Position numbers and translations under genes: made by a program. A DNA stretch of 64,000 bases from Camelus dromedarius (Eukaryota). The notes beneath the pieces were generated by a model that saw only the letters and a list, made by a program, of their open reading frames with translations, did not search any database and had not been told where the DNA came from. This document shows positions 39,481 to 51,899 of the stretch, piece after piece (position 1 is the stretch's first letter; every line of letters begins with the position of its first letter). The stretch covers positions 116,376,001 through 116,440,000 of the forward strand of contig NC_087437.1 of assembly GCF_036321535.1 (NCBI RefSeq). The letters run 5' to 3'.

Positions 39481-42045
39481 AAAATAGGCAGCTCTATGCT
39501 TGGCTTTTCAAAACACACATCCATGCGCTAAAAACACAGTGCACTGCACATCTGGAATGCGTCTCATCCACGAGTTCCTGACACATGGATGCACTGTTTT
39601 CGATAAAATTCCAAGAATTTTATTCATGAGAAAATTCTGGCACCATGGGAAATGCTGGCAAGCACAAGACAGCAGCAGATGTCCTGGCCTCCACCCCCAG
39701 CCTGCTCCTGGTCCTGCTCATTTCCATCAGGTATCTCTCTTGTGCCTTCAAGCCTCCAATCCCAAATCTCCCATAAAAGGGAGGCATACAACAGCCTTAA
39801 TGTTTTTTAAGTGACGCCATTCCCTCCAAATGGGTGCACGATACCAGACTCCATCTGCAAGTGTCAGGATGCACGTAAGAATTTAAAAGGGACAGCAGAG
39901 ACACAGGGTCACTGGTGTGAGATGCAGCTGCTCCCTCAGCTCAGCCACCCCACGTGCCTCATGCCCAGGGGCTATGGCCTCCCTCCTCTATTAAATGAGG
40001 GTCTGGTGTCCGGATGCTCCCTCAGGTCCCTCCTTGCACCAAAATGAAATCTCTTCCTGCCACAGCCAAACTGCAGGCCCACCTTCTCTGTCTGTGAGCA
40101 GACATGTGCAGAAGAGGGAGCTCCATCACCTGGGGAGCTGCCAGAAGTCCCTGCAAGTTCAGGGTAGACGTGAGCCGTGGGCTCTGTCCGTGCTGCCCCC
40201 AGATGTTCACTTCCCGAGTCTCGTGCATGACTTCCTCTGTGCTCCTGGCGGGAAGGTAGTCGAGACCCTGAGCGTTCACTTCGCGTTTTCCAGTGCAGTT
40301 AGGACCTGACCTCCTGCACGGAAACCTGGGGACTGTTCCGCATGTAAAACACATCCCAGTACCAATAAAACACTGTTCTACTAACCGAAAGTCTTACAGG
40401 AACTGGGACGCTCAGGCTGGGAGACGAGAGCATGTATGAAGCCCCTACTTTACCCACGGTGCTCTAGGGACCCCCTTCCCCCCTTTCTATCCTCAACCCC
40501 CAGCAACAATGTAGAAAGCAGACATGAACATGAACATTGTCTTTTTCTTAGACGCCGGCTCCCACCCTGGAAAGAGCCAACGGCTCACCCACTGTGAGGG
40601 TCCAGCCCTGCCAAGCTCTCACTTCTGCTCCATGAGTGATGACGCCTCTGTCCCCCGGGGCTGGGAGGCTAAAGCCCGTGCTTTGCACCAGATTTTCCAG
40701 CACATAAATCTGCCCTGGTTGCTGCACAGAAAGGGGACCAAGTAGCCAGGGTATCGTAACCTTTGTTCACGCTCTGCACTGATCTCATTCTCCTCCCATG
40801 AGGTAGCTCGGGGCGGCGGGGAGGACCCGTCATCGGAACACTTCTCCCGCACCGACAAGCTGGCTGCCAGCGAGACTTGATTTTTACGACTCTGGAAGTG
40901 TTGATCTCAAAACCCAGTACGTTTGAATCGTTAATTGTAAACTTGTCCAACAATTTCAAACTACACATACACACATCATGCCCGGCAAGGCTCTCCTGAA
41001 CCCCTTTGTAATCAGTCTCTTAAAAAATCTGTAGACGATTCATTCAAAGCAACTCTAACCTGCAGAGCAGCTTGGTGGCCTGAAAGTCTTAATGATGTCG
41101 ACCCCAGGATCTCGACCTTGGATTTTAGATTGCCTCCTTACCCGGGACCTCCTTACTTATTACGCCAAACCCCCCTGGAGAAAGCAGAGCCATGGATGCT
41201 CATAACTGTCCACCTTTTCCACGAGAAAGAGGAAGCTCCCAGGGCTCAGGATTGTGTGCGCCGCTGTACACATGGTGCAGGCGCAAAGAGACCTGCTGGA
41301 CAGGTGAGGGCCTGCCCACAGGGCCGGGGTCTGTGTGGGGCAAGCCCCTTTCAGAGGGGGTGGGGTTTTCTAAGTCTCCCACCCGTTAATTTGCATAATG
41401 AGCCCTATGGGGGCGGAGTCACATGGGGCCAGGTCTACTTAAAAGAGCAACTTACTTAGAACAAAAGATGACTTACCTTCCTGCCTTCCTGCCTTCCAGT
41501 CTGGTAGGTTTGCACTGAGCACTATTTGTAGACACTTTAAAGTTGTTTAAAAATTCAAACAAGATGTAAAGACCTGTACAACTGGAAGTCAGGAAACCAC
41601 TTTGGCTACTGTTGAATCTTAAGCCTTAAACTCCTGATTAAAACACATGCCAACTGGAGCCACACACCCCTACAGCCCCAGAAAGTCCCAGTCCAGGCAG
41701 GCGGTGGGGGCAGGCGGGATCCCACGGGCCTGGACACATTGGAGGTGAATTTTTAATTCCTGCATTTCATGCTGATGCAGTCTTTCCACAATCACAATGT
41801 GCTTCCCCAGAATTTATCCATGCACATTAATCTCTAACACTCACTTTACTTTCGCTCAGGTCAATGTCTCTAAGCTTCTTACTTGGATTTCAAGCAGAAG
41901 AAGGTGTACGTGTTCACATGGGTGTCAGCAGATGAGGGTGGCAGCTGGTGATGAATGGGACCAAAAACTGGCCATACCTATTTAAATATTTTATAACTCT
42001 TTACAGAATTCTCATCTTCCACTCACTCCCCAAGCCTTGCAGTCT

Positions 42046-42180
42046 CTACCCAGTACCTCCATTAAAAAACAGTAATAAAATTTAAAATACATACATACAT
42101 ATATATCTATACATACATAAACCTAGTTACCTCCTCCCCCTTAAAAGAACAAACAAACAACAAAAAAATTAAAAAGCAAA
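42046..42180 (+). mobile_element. 5'-truncated Vic-1-like SINE with TSD
   Basis: cccagtacctccattaaaa...aaacctagttacctcctccccc matches the 3' half of the SINE at 58.2 kb. TSD ccttgcagtct at 42035-42045 and 42183-42193. Confidence 0.78.
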
Positions 42181-42329
42181 AACCTTGCAGTCTGGGCAGC
42201 TATTGCCCTGCCCAAATCAGCAGTGAGCTCCTCGCAGCTCCGTCAAATCTACACTCCCGGCTTCTCCCTTTGTTATTCAACTTTTTTTTCAACAAAAATA
42301 AATGATTTCTTTCTAGGTGAATTCAAACC

Positions 42330-42470
42330 TTGATTTTCAAAGTCTGATCCCTGGACCAGCAGCCTCAGCACCACCTGGGGCTTTGTCAGATACACAGAAT
42401 CCCAGGCCACACCCCAGACCTACTACATCAGAACACAATCTAACAAGATTAACAAGGTGAACTGCAGGCA
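42330..42470. mobile_element. MER5A-like fragment
   Basis: ttttcaaagtctgatccctggaccagcagcctcagcaccacctggg...ccagacctactacatcaga. Confidence 0.7.
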
Positions 42471-42489
42471 CGTTGTTTTGCGAGCTGGG

Positions 42490-42850
42490 TTAGGAGGTGG
42501 TAAGTTTCTGAAAAGAAATAAAAGGTAGGGCTGATTGAGGAAGAGGAGGAGGTGAGGGCAGAGTGCTATTTTTAGAGTAATCAGGGCAGCCTTCATGGAG
42601 GAGGTGAGACCTGAGCAAACTTGCAGAAGATGAGGGATTGAGGCTTCCAGGCTGCGACAAGGGCAGAACAAGGCCAGGGGTGGGCACCAGGGTTTGAGAG
42701 TAGGACAAAGGCATTGGGAATAGCCAGGGAGGAAGTGTCATCACAGGAGAGGAGGGGGAGGAAGTGCTGGCAGGGGACGAGCAAGGGGGCCGCTGAGGCC
42801 AGGGACTGTCGGCAGGGCCTGGGTTGTACTGGGAGTGAACTGGGAGCTTC
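42490..42850 (-). mobile_element. L2 remnant
   Basis: gctatttttagagtaatcagggcagccttcatggaggaggtgagacctgagca. Confidence 0.65.
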
Positions 42851-43618
42851 CCTACATGTCTTGGCTAAAAACCCCAGAATTGTCTTCTTTCCTGAGAGAT
42901 ACTAATATTTTCCACCTCCTAAGAGCTCTGCAAAGAAAACACCTTCTATCCTTTAAGCTTTATTATCTTCAAAATTAAATGTGACCCGAAGGCACGCATG
43001 ATGTGTACACCCAAAGCCACACCTCATAAAACATCCCAGCCACACTCTGTCCCCTGACGCGTGGGAGTTTCTGTCCGTCACTGTACACAGAAACTGTGGG
43101 AATTCAGAATATGTGCTTGTCATTCAGAGAGCCTGTAAATGGCCATGACCACTTTTTAAAAGGATTTGCACAGACAGGAAATACCTCAGTGGGGCTCCCC
43201 TGCTCCAACCCCTCCGAAGGGCGGCCTCAGGGAGACCTACCTCTGGCAACAAGAGGAACCATAGCACCAAAGTGATGCTCAGCCCCCAGGACAGCTGGGG
43301 GGAGGCCTGCGGGTTTGGGGAGCTCTGCGTCCGACGGCAGGGCAGGACACGACTTCCTGCGCTCACCTCGGGCTGGAGTGAAAGTTCCAGGGCTTGAGCA
43401 GTGATGCGGATGAACAGCTACTTCCTCCTCAAACAGAACGCTGCAGGTGCTGCAGGAAGGAGGCGTGCAGGAGAAGTCTCCCTCGCCCAGCTCTCTGGTG
43501 GAACGCGCCTCCTCGTCCTTCAAGGGTGACTCCCCTTGTGCTGCTGAATCTTCTTCAAGCCACCAGCACAGGCCTGGAGGCCACCTTTGAATCCAGTTCC
43601 AACACCCAGTACGTCATC

Positions 43619-44027
43619 TGTGTTTTACTTTCCTGGGACTGTATGTTCCACAGATGGAGGGGCTTACCCAACAGAAACTCACTGCCTCCCAGGCGTGGAG
43701 GCCGGAAATCCAAGATCAAAGTGTGGGCAGGCGGGATCCTTCCGAGGGCCGTGAGAGAAGGAGCTCCCCAGGCCTCCCTCCTTGGCCCTTAGACGCGTCT
43801 TCCCCTAGTGCCTTCACACAGTCTCCTCTCTCCGCAGGTCTCTGTCTGCATCCGACTTCCCGCTGTTGTAAGCACACAGCCCTGCTGGACTAGGGCCCAC
43901 CCTCATGACCTCAGATCAAATTGATCACCTCTGCAAGGACCTGATCTCCACACACGATCACATTCTGAGGTTCTGGGGGTTAGGACTCCAACAGATGAAC
44001 CTAGGGGCCGCAATTCAACCCATGACA
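43619..44027 (-). mobile_element. Solo MaLR LTR (MLT1B-like)
   Basis: ggaggccggaaatccaagatcaaagtgt, tagggcccaccctcatgacctc, and an end of caattcaacccatgaca. Confidence 0.85.
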
Positions 44028-44119
44028 AGGCAGGGCATGTGTCCACTTAATTCACTGCTGTGGCCCCCTCCCCCGCCAGCCCAGCACACTGTCAGGTGCC
44101 AGATTAAAGAACTCCAGGT

Positions 44120-44631
44120 CAGTGGTTCTCAAAGCGTGTTCCAGGAACCCCCTGGCGTCCCAAGACCCTCCTAGGAAGTCTGACGCTCAGCAGTTTTCCA
44201 CATACACCAGGGCATGATGTGCGTCTTCCGAGCTCACCCTCTCACAGGTGTACAGTCCAGTTTTCCAGAAGCTACGGACACGTGACAGCACGACAGGCTG
44301 ACTACAGCAGCAGTTAGAAGAACCCAGCTGTCGGCTGTGAAGCCAGACAGTAAAGAGATTTGCAAAAACGTAAACCATCATTCTTCTCACTAAGTATCTT
44401 TTAGGAAAACATAGTTATTTTTCACAGACAATGTTATTTAAATGAACATATGGGTTTGTTATTTTTGTTTTAAAAAGAATTCATAGATAAATGTTTTGAT
44501 AATGTCTCAATTTTTATTTCTAATTCAGTGAACATCAATAGACAGAACCCATATCACCCACTGCCATTCAGCACCCTTGGGCGTTTGTCAGAGCGTGAAG
44601 GGTCCCAGGACCACAAGTTTGAGGACCGCTG
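44120..44631. mobile_element. Non-autonomous hAT-Charlie element (Charlie1b-like), 512 bp
   Basis: TIRs cagtggttctcaaa / tttgaggaccgctg. Internal gtgtacagtccagttttccagaagctac and aaagagatttgcaaaaacgtaaa. Confidence 0.8.
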
Positions 44632-45325
44632 CTGGACGGACATAAACTGGCAAGGACCCAGTCTATCTCCTCGGAGGTAACCCACAGTCTAATGTGATAA
44701 GACACTTTACGAAGAACATATTTTTAGTAGCTAAGTACCCTGCAAAAAGGAAACTGGTTGGCCATCCCCTTAGGTTTACAACAGAGAGTTCTCATTAAAA
44801 TAAAAGCCAATCTTAAGTCTCCCAAGATCCCAGGATGGCACTTAGTGATATGTTAAATTCAGAATATATGAACTGAAAACACCGAGAGGCAGGGCACTGG
44901 CATTTTTATGCATCCCACCTGCTGAGGGCTGGCCCCCAGACTCCCTAACGTTGTACATAATCTATTAAAGAAGCAGGCTGCCCTCCCGCTCCTAGCTGCA
45001 AACGACCTACAGACATGTTTCCAGCTGAGCCTTCTTGAAAGTGGCGCCTCTTTTGACAAAACAGGAGGAGGTCCATGAGGGACCCCAGACCAGCAGGAAA
45101 TAAGTGGGGGCTGCAGACCACCTCCCACTGCCAAGCTGCCTGTGCTCTGGATGTGAGCCAGCCTGAGAAACTGGTCCCAAGGTTAAGGAGCTGCAGGGCC
45201 CAGGCACAGACTCCCTGCCCATCCCCCAAAGTGTCCATTTTGTTACACGTGGCGCATCTCTGGGCTGCACATGGTACTCTCCAATTAATGCTAAGGGTGA
45301 TTCTTTTTTTTAAAAAATGACCAGG

Positions 45326-45445
45326 ATTTGCAAGGGTTAACCACTATTATAAAAATTAATTACAAAATTTCTGTACAGCACAGGGAACTATATTCAATAT
45401 GTTGTAATAACCTTTAATGAAAAAGAACATGAAAATGAAAAAAAA
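45326..45445 (+). mobile_element. Short L1 3'UTR piece truncated at both ends, with TSD
   Basis: ctgtacagcacagggaactatattcaat. Flanked by tgaccagg at 45318-45325 and 45448-45455, each preceded by an A-run. Confidence 0.75.
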
Positions 45446-47619
45446 CCTGACCAGGTTGTTTTCATTTTTAAACCCATTTCCTATATTGGAAACTGGAAGA
45501 CCCCCCCTGTTTGTATCCTTGCTAGGAGTTACCCGTAGGTACCTCTTTTTAAAACAGTGGTATCACAAAGGTATCTGATTCAAACAGCAAGTAGCAGGTC
45601 ACCCACCTCGTGCAAAGCAACTACCACGGGCACTGGTGGTCGTGATCTAAAGATGGATGATGTTCAACGTCTCCTATTCTAGACAGACTGTAATCACTTT
45701 AACGGAGGGACAAAACACACTGGGAGAAGAGAAGATTCGTCAGGGCTAGGGAATGCAGGCTCCATGAGGACAGGGATTTTTTTCAGTGATGTTGCACTGC
45801 TGCCCGGAAAAGTGCCCACACCGGATGCACACACAGTGACTGTCTGTTGCATGAACTCTTAGTATGTAGGTGGTAAGTATGTCTACTGCTCGGATGATGG
45901 AGGGAGGAAGGAAAGTGGGGAAGAGGGAAGAAGGGAAGAAAGAAGGGAGGGAGGGAGGGATGCGATCCCTTCTCTGTGGGAACGATAATCCTACCGCATT
46001 GCTCTCCTGCCCTGAAATAAAGGCTAACATCCCACCATCTTCTGGCCCCGAGAAACCCATAAATCCTGCAAAGAGGGATTTTTTTATTCCAGTTAACTAT
46101 TTTTGCAGTCACTTGTTAGTGATCTGAGCAATGAAGATAACTGCCGATCAATCAGAAGAAGCAGGTTAACCTGTCAAGGCACGACCTGTATCATTTCAAC
46201 TTTGTAGGAAAATCCTCCTCTTCTACTAATTCAAGAAACATTTGGACGCACCGCCGGAATGAGGATCCAATCCTGGGATTCAAGTCTCCGAGTTAAGGAC
46301 CTTGCTCCTTATCTGGATGAGGTCCCCTTTACAGTTCAGAGAAAAGACCAACAAATGAGAGCAAAAAACATGCCACAGCTCAAGTTCACGAGCAAGAACA
46401 CGTCACTGTAAACTTCTGTTGCTGCAAGTGTTTCCAAGGCAATACGCACACGCTGACGTGGGCACTAGAGGGAGTGAACTGGGTTCTTGTGCTGTTGCCC
46501 CAAACAAACCTCTCTCCTCCTAGCTGGCTCCAGATCTTCTGTACATTATACAGTTTTCCCAAAAGCAGTCGGACATCGAAGTGTGAAATCAGAAACACGC
46601 TTTTTCAAAAAGCAAGTGCACTGTACTAACAAGTTAGGGGCAGTGGGGGCAGGTGTGTCTGTGGGGGTTGGAGGAGGAGGAGAGGAAGGAGGCCAGGAGG
46701 GAGTGTGCTGGGATTTGAGACATGAAAACAAGAAGGAGGAACCCCAAAAGACACTCAGAGAAGGGCTCTATAACTGTCAAATGTGCTCTCATCAAATCAA
46801 CTTCAAAGGACTTGATCTGAGGCTGGGTAGAAATCCACCAATTTGCACCTTGACTTTGAGGCTTCCAAGAATCACTCAGTAGCTCCATCTCAGGGCTCAA
46901 ACAAGAGAAAAGCAGTACACATGTGCAGGTCACACAAGCAGTTGGTTAATTCCAAGTGAAATCTGCATACTGAGAAAACGTACACTTTTTTGGTACGTGA
47001 TGTAGAAATCAGCTCGGCTAACAAAATTAAAGCACACTCGCGGGGTGTGAGGGCAAGTGTGTCATCCATGAACATGGGCCACACACACATCCAATGGGAG
47101 TCAGTCATGCTGTGGCCTGTCACCCACTCTGGGAGTTGTCTGAGCCTTTGTCTCTCTCCCTCCGGTTTCCTGCCTTCTTAAAACATCTCACTGGCCAACA
47201 GCCAATGATCTGCAGCCGGGTGTGGAAAAGGGGAAAAGGTGAAAACCCTCTCCATCCGCACTGGGACCGATCAGTGCTCCAGATGAAAGGGCTGTGGGCG
47301 GAGGGCCAGGGGAAGGCCGTCTGTGGGTGAGATTTGTGCTTCATACAGAGCTGCACCTTCCTCATCCCCCTGAACCGTCAGCTCATCAGCAGTGCTTAGC
47401 TCCTGACTGGCGTGGCCCCCACGCCTGACTTCTCGCCCGCTGGCCTGTTAAGCTGCTCTGAAGCTTTGGCCCCTGGAAAACACGTGTGTTTCTCTGGATA
47501 TGGACAGGGAAATTGGGGTTAACATGGCAAGGATACTGTGAACTTAATTGTTTTCTAAAAGCAAACATTAAACTTGAGACAAGCAAAAGTCCAAGAGCAT
47601 TGGCCTCAGTTCCTAAGGA

Positions 47620-47920
47620 CTTTTTCTTTTTTTTTTTTTTTTAATTTTATTTTGTATTAAAGTGTCGTTGATTTACAATGTTAGTTCAGGTGTACAGCAA
47701 AGTGATTCAGTTATACATATACATTTTTTTTTCCTTTTCAGATTCTTTTCCATTATATATTATTATAAGAAATTGAATGTATCTTCCCTGTGCTCTACAG
47801 TAGGTCCTTGTTGTTTATCTATTTTATTATATAGTAGCATGTGTCTGTTAATCCCAAACTCCAAATCTATCCCTCCCCTGCCCTTTCCCCTTTGGCAACC
47901 ACAGTCTTATTTTCTAAGAT
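47620..47920 (-). mobile_element. Artiodactyl-type L1 3' end with poly(T)
   Basis: gttgatttacaatgttagttcaggtgtacagc...acagtaggtccttgttgtttatct. Confidence 0.88.
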
Positions 47921-48839
47921 GAAAATGGGACCTGAAGACCACGCTTCGAGGCCGTTGTCCATTCAGATCGTAGCTCCCGAGACCCCTGATGGAACGGAAG
48001 TGTCCACTACAGAAGCATTTCTACCAAGAATAGTTTCAGTCAGATAATCTAAGAAATCTGTGCTGAAGTTCAACCTGTGTTGCCTCACCACTTTGTGCTG
48101 CTCACTGTGATACAATTTCAACATCTCCTAAAAGAAAATCTGAGGGTTCCATCCACCTGCCATTTGCAGGCCATTATCTTACAGAAATTCAGCCACAAAT
48201 GCTCACACATGTCTTCTATGTGAGCTGGGTTTTATTGCTTTGGAAGATCCTGCTGTCTTAGGAAAACGAATGAGTACATACGGACATAATTAATTGCATT
48301 CCCTTTTCCCTGGAGAGTTATTTTATTTAATTGCTTTGGGCTATTCTTTTTCTTTCTTTGTAAGATCTGTTGCAAAATGTTTCCTTTTATTTTCTTTTAG
48401 GTGATATTAATTTTTAAGAAAAATTTTATCACCAATTATTTTTCATATTTATGTTCAAATAAACTGAGGAGTGAAAAACTGAATTTATTGGCAGCTTGTA
48501 AGCATATGTTGCTTTTACTTGGGAAGGGAAATAAGTGTACAGGCTTATGGCCTGTGTTAGTGGGATGATGCTCAGAGTTTGTGTATATACACAGTCTCAT
48601 TTGGGTCTAATATAATCTTTATACATTACAGGTATTAACACTTGTAATATTTGCTACAAAGATTTCCCTAGAACTTGGTCTTTTTAGCTGTAGCATGTGT
48701 ATTGCATACAGATGTTTACAATTTGTGTACAACTTTGTTACACTTGCGTGGTTTGTCTCTCTGTCTCAGGCCATTAAACGATAAGCTCTAGGAGGGCAGG
48801 GATGTATCAAATTCACATCTATATCCCCAGGCACTAAAT

Positions 48840-49000
48840 GGATGCAGCCCCACTTGGTTACTTAACCTCTCTGTAGCTCTGTGTCCCTGTCTGTGAACCA
48901 TGGACAATGACTGCACCTGTCTTATCTGCTCTGCTCAATAGAACACTTAATACAATGTCTGGCATACAATCAGTACTCTGTAAGTGTTCTCCATCATCAC
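48840..49000. mobile_element. MIR remnant
   Basis: ttacttaacctctctgtagctctgtgtccctgtctgtgaa...acaatgtctggcataca. Confidence 0.6.
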
Positions 49001-51390
49001 TGTTGTTTCTACCTGACTGAAAAGTCTGGTAGGTGAGCCAACTTGCACGAATGAAAGTGATAGATAACTGGCAGAAAGAAAGGAATACTGGGGAGGCTAT
49101 ATCCTGGCCCCTAGCTTTGTCTAGTCTACCAGGCAAATTGTAGGATTTGCTTCCTAAGCAAAACTTGTACCAGGAACCAAATGAAACCAACACAGATTTC
49201 AGAATATAAAAAAGGAAAACTGAAAAAAGTCCAATCAACTTTGGCACCACTAAATTCTATTTCTTTTTCTAAAAGCTTATTAAAATCCCCATACGGTGAT
49301 ACTACAAGATTGAGTAATAGTGGAAGATGTGTTTGTTGAGTCTACACCAACTACTTACAAGAAAGGCCAGCACAGAAGACACTTTGAAATTGTTCCCTAA
49401 GACTGGACCATGAGCTAGGGAAGGGTCAAAGTGATGCAGCTGGCAAGCCTGCAGAAATGCCGCTGGCTCCTCTATAGGCCAGGTAGTCCACACCACATAC
49501 ACAGATTCAGCTTATATATTGTAAGTTTACAATCAGCTTATATATTCTGCTTTATATATTATAGCTCAGTTCACCATAGTGGAGGCTAGTGAGTGACACA
49601 TAAACGTTAGAGTTTTTTAAAATACGTTAATTTGTATGAAGACTAAAATGAAATTATGGAAGTCAGTGATGAAAGCAGGTAAATAGTTCTGTCACTTGAT
49701 TTAAATATTAAAATAAGGGAAAACAAAGAAAGCTCTTACAGAAATGACTAGATCTTGGTTCTCAACTAAAGGCAAGTGCCTCTTGTCTCCCATGCAGGAG
49801 GGTGTTTGGTTAAAGTGGGGCCTTTGGGTCTTCATGACCAGGGAGGGAGCATTGACCATCAGCGGGCAAAGCCAAGGACATCTTCAAAATACGGTTTAGT
49901 TCCACACAATCAAGGAAGACAGTCTACCCAAAATTCCAACAGCACCTCCCGCTGAGAAGGGCGATACCCACAGATCTCATCGAAGAATGACAAACTGCTG
50001 GAAAAGTTAGAGACCAAAGTCCCTTTCCTTCTGGATACTTCCAACGACATTAAGCGTTTATGCTTTATCCCATCTCTACTTCTCCAAGCAAATCTGCCTC
50101 ACATTCATTATGAGTATCAAACCTAATTAAACATGCTAAGCAGATAATAAAATTACTCAATGACCAAATGATAATTAGCTTTCTGTAAGTTAAAAAAAAA
50201 AGAGGTTAGCATCAGTGATTGTCTAATTTTATTTAATTCCTCTCTCTCCTGAATGTGAACATTAAGATAAAAGTCTGAGAATTCATTAGCCTAAATGAGC
50301 AAACATGACTCAAAGCCCATCTATCTGTCAATGAGGAAAAGCAATCCCTTTTCTGATTTCACTTGCAAATATTAGAATTCAATGAACCTATTGTGGAAAA
50401 GAGGGACCTGGCTAGGTTTTTCTATGTTGAAAAAGCACCCCAGACCTAACAGGCTCGGAGCGGAGCACCCCTAATTCTCCCTCCAAAACCAGCCCTCTGT
50501 CCATCACTCTCTTTCGCCTGCCTTTTTTGATTGCACAGCATGTATGATTCATGTATATGTATATTTGTTTACTTGACCATCATCTGAAAGACTAGATACA
50601 TAAGAACGTAAAACCCTGGAGAACAGAGACTGGCTTCCCCAGAATCTGCGCAACTCCTGGAACATCCCAGACACTGAACATTTGAGGAACAACAGCACAA
50701 ATGACAAGATGCACTGTTACACGCCACCTCCAGGTGCTGCTGTAACACGTGATGCCCTAGCACGCTAGGAAATGGATGTTAGATTAGCCATTATGCACAG
50801 TCGTTTACTGGATGATACGCTGAACACTTCACAGTTTAGTAAACGCTTTTTGATCATCATCTCATTTGGTCCTCTTAACCACTCCAATGTTAGACGTAGG
50901 GGAGGTTTTATGATACCTGCTTTATAGATAAATACATGGGTCGTGTTCCAAAAGTTTGCTTGTGAGTCTGTTATCTGTAACTGACCCTCCCACAGAGACA
51001 TGCCATATTAGCGATGAGTCTAGAGAGGCTCCCATGTATGGTGCCACTGTCTGTTACCCATTCTGAGCTAAGCGTACTGGGCAGGGCCCCTCAGAGAGCT
51101 GGCATACTAAGAGGTGGGAGATGGAGCTTTAAGGGTCAGGAGGGAAAGGGGAAAAAATGAATGTTTTGAGAAAGGCATTCCTAAATCACAGTGGCCGGGG
51201 GAGGAAAGAAGTCAGCTCCTAAGCTCGATTCTCTTTTTCACAAAGAGGGGAACTGCACACGGGCCAGCTTTGAGCTCCGACCTGCAAGACTGTGTATGTT
51301 TCTCTGCCATATCTTGGTGTTCACTGTGCTCCTCTCTCCTGTTTTCCATTTTGAAGAGCCCCTATAGGGCCTGAAGGAAATTAGGCTTTT

Positions 51391-51672
51391 TTTTAAAAAA
51401 TTTTTAATGAAGCATAGTTGATTTACAATGTTGTGTTAGTTTCTGGTGTGCAGCATAGTGATTCAGTCATACATACATTTTTTCTTTTTCATATGCTTTT
51501 TCATTTTAGATTATTGCAAAATATTGAATATTCTGCAATAACCTAAAATGTAGGTCCTTATTGTTTATCTATTTTATATACAGTAGTTTGTATCTGTTAA
51601 TCCCAAACTACTAATTTATCCCTCACCTCCTTTGGTAACTGTAAGTTTGTTTCCCATGTCTGTGAGTCTGAC
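51391..51672 (-). mobile_element. L1 3' end with degenerate TSD
   Basis: tagttgatttacaatgttgtgttagtttctggtgt... Flanks aaggaaattaggcttt and aaggaaatgagcttt. Confidence 0.85.
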
Positions 51673-51899
51673 CAAAGGAAATGAGCTTTGCAGCCCCGCC
51701 TCCACACTTGAACTTGGCTCCTCGGGCTGACCCTCCACTCCCTGGCTGCAGACCCAGCCAGAGGCAAGCAGCAGCCACAGAGGGGCCGGACTGCCCAGGA
51801 CCTCCTCACCCATCTACTCCCTTCTCAGGTGGGATTTTGAAGTGTAGCATGTTTTCAGAACATAGAACAGTCTATAAAGATGTACTGTGACATGAAATG

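Noticed and set aside
45895..45962. GGAA microsatellite (ETS-fusion response element)
   Set aside because: Irregular purine tract with at most two consecutive GGAA units.
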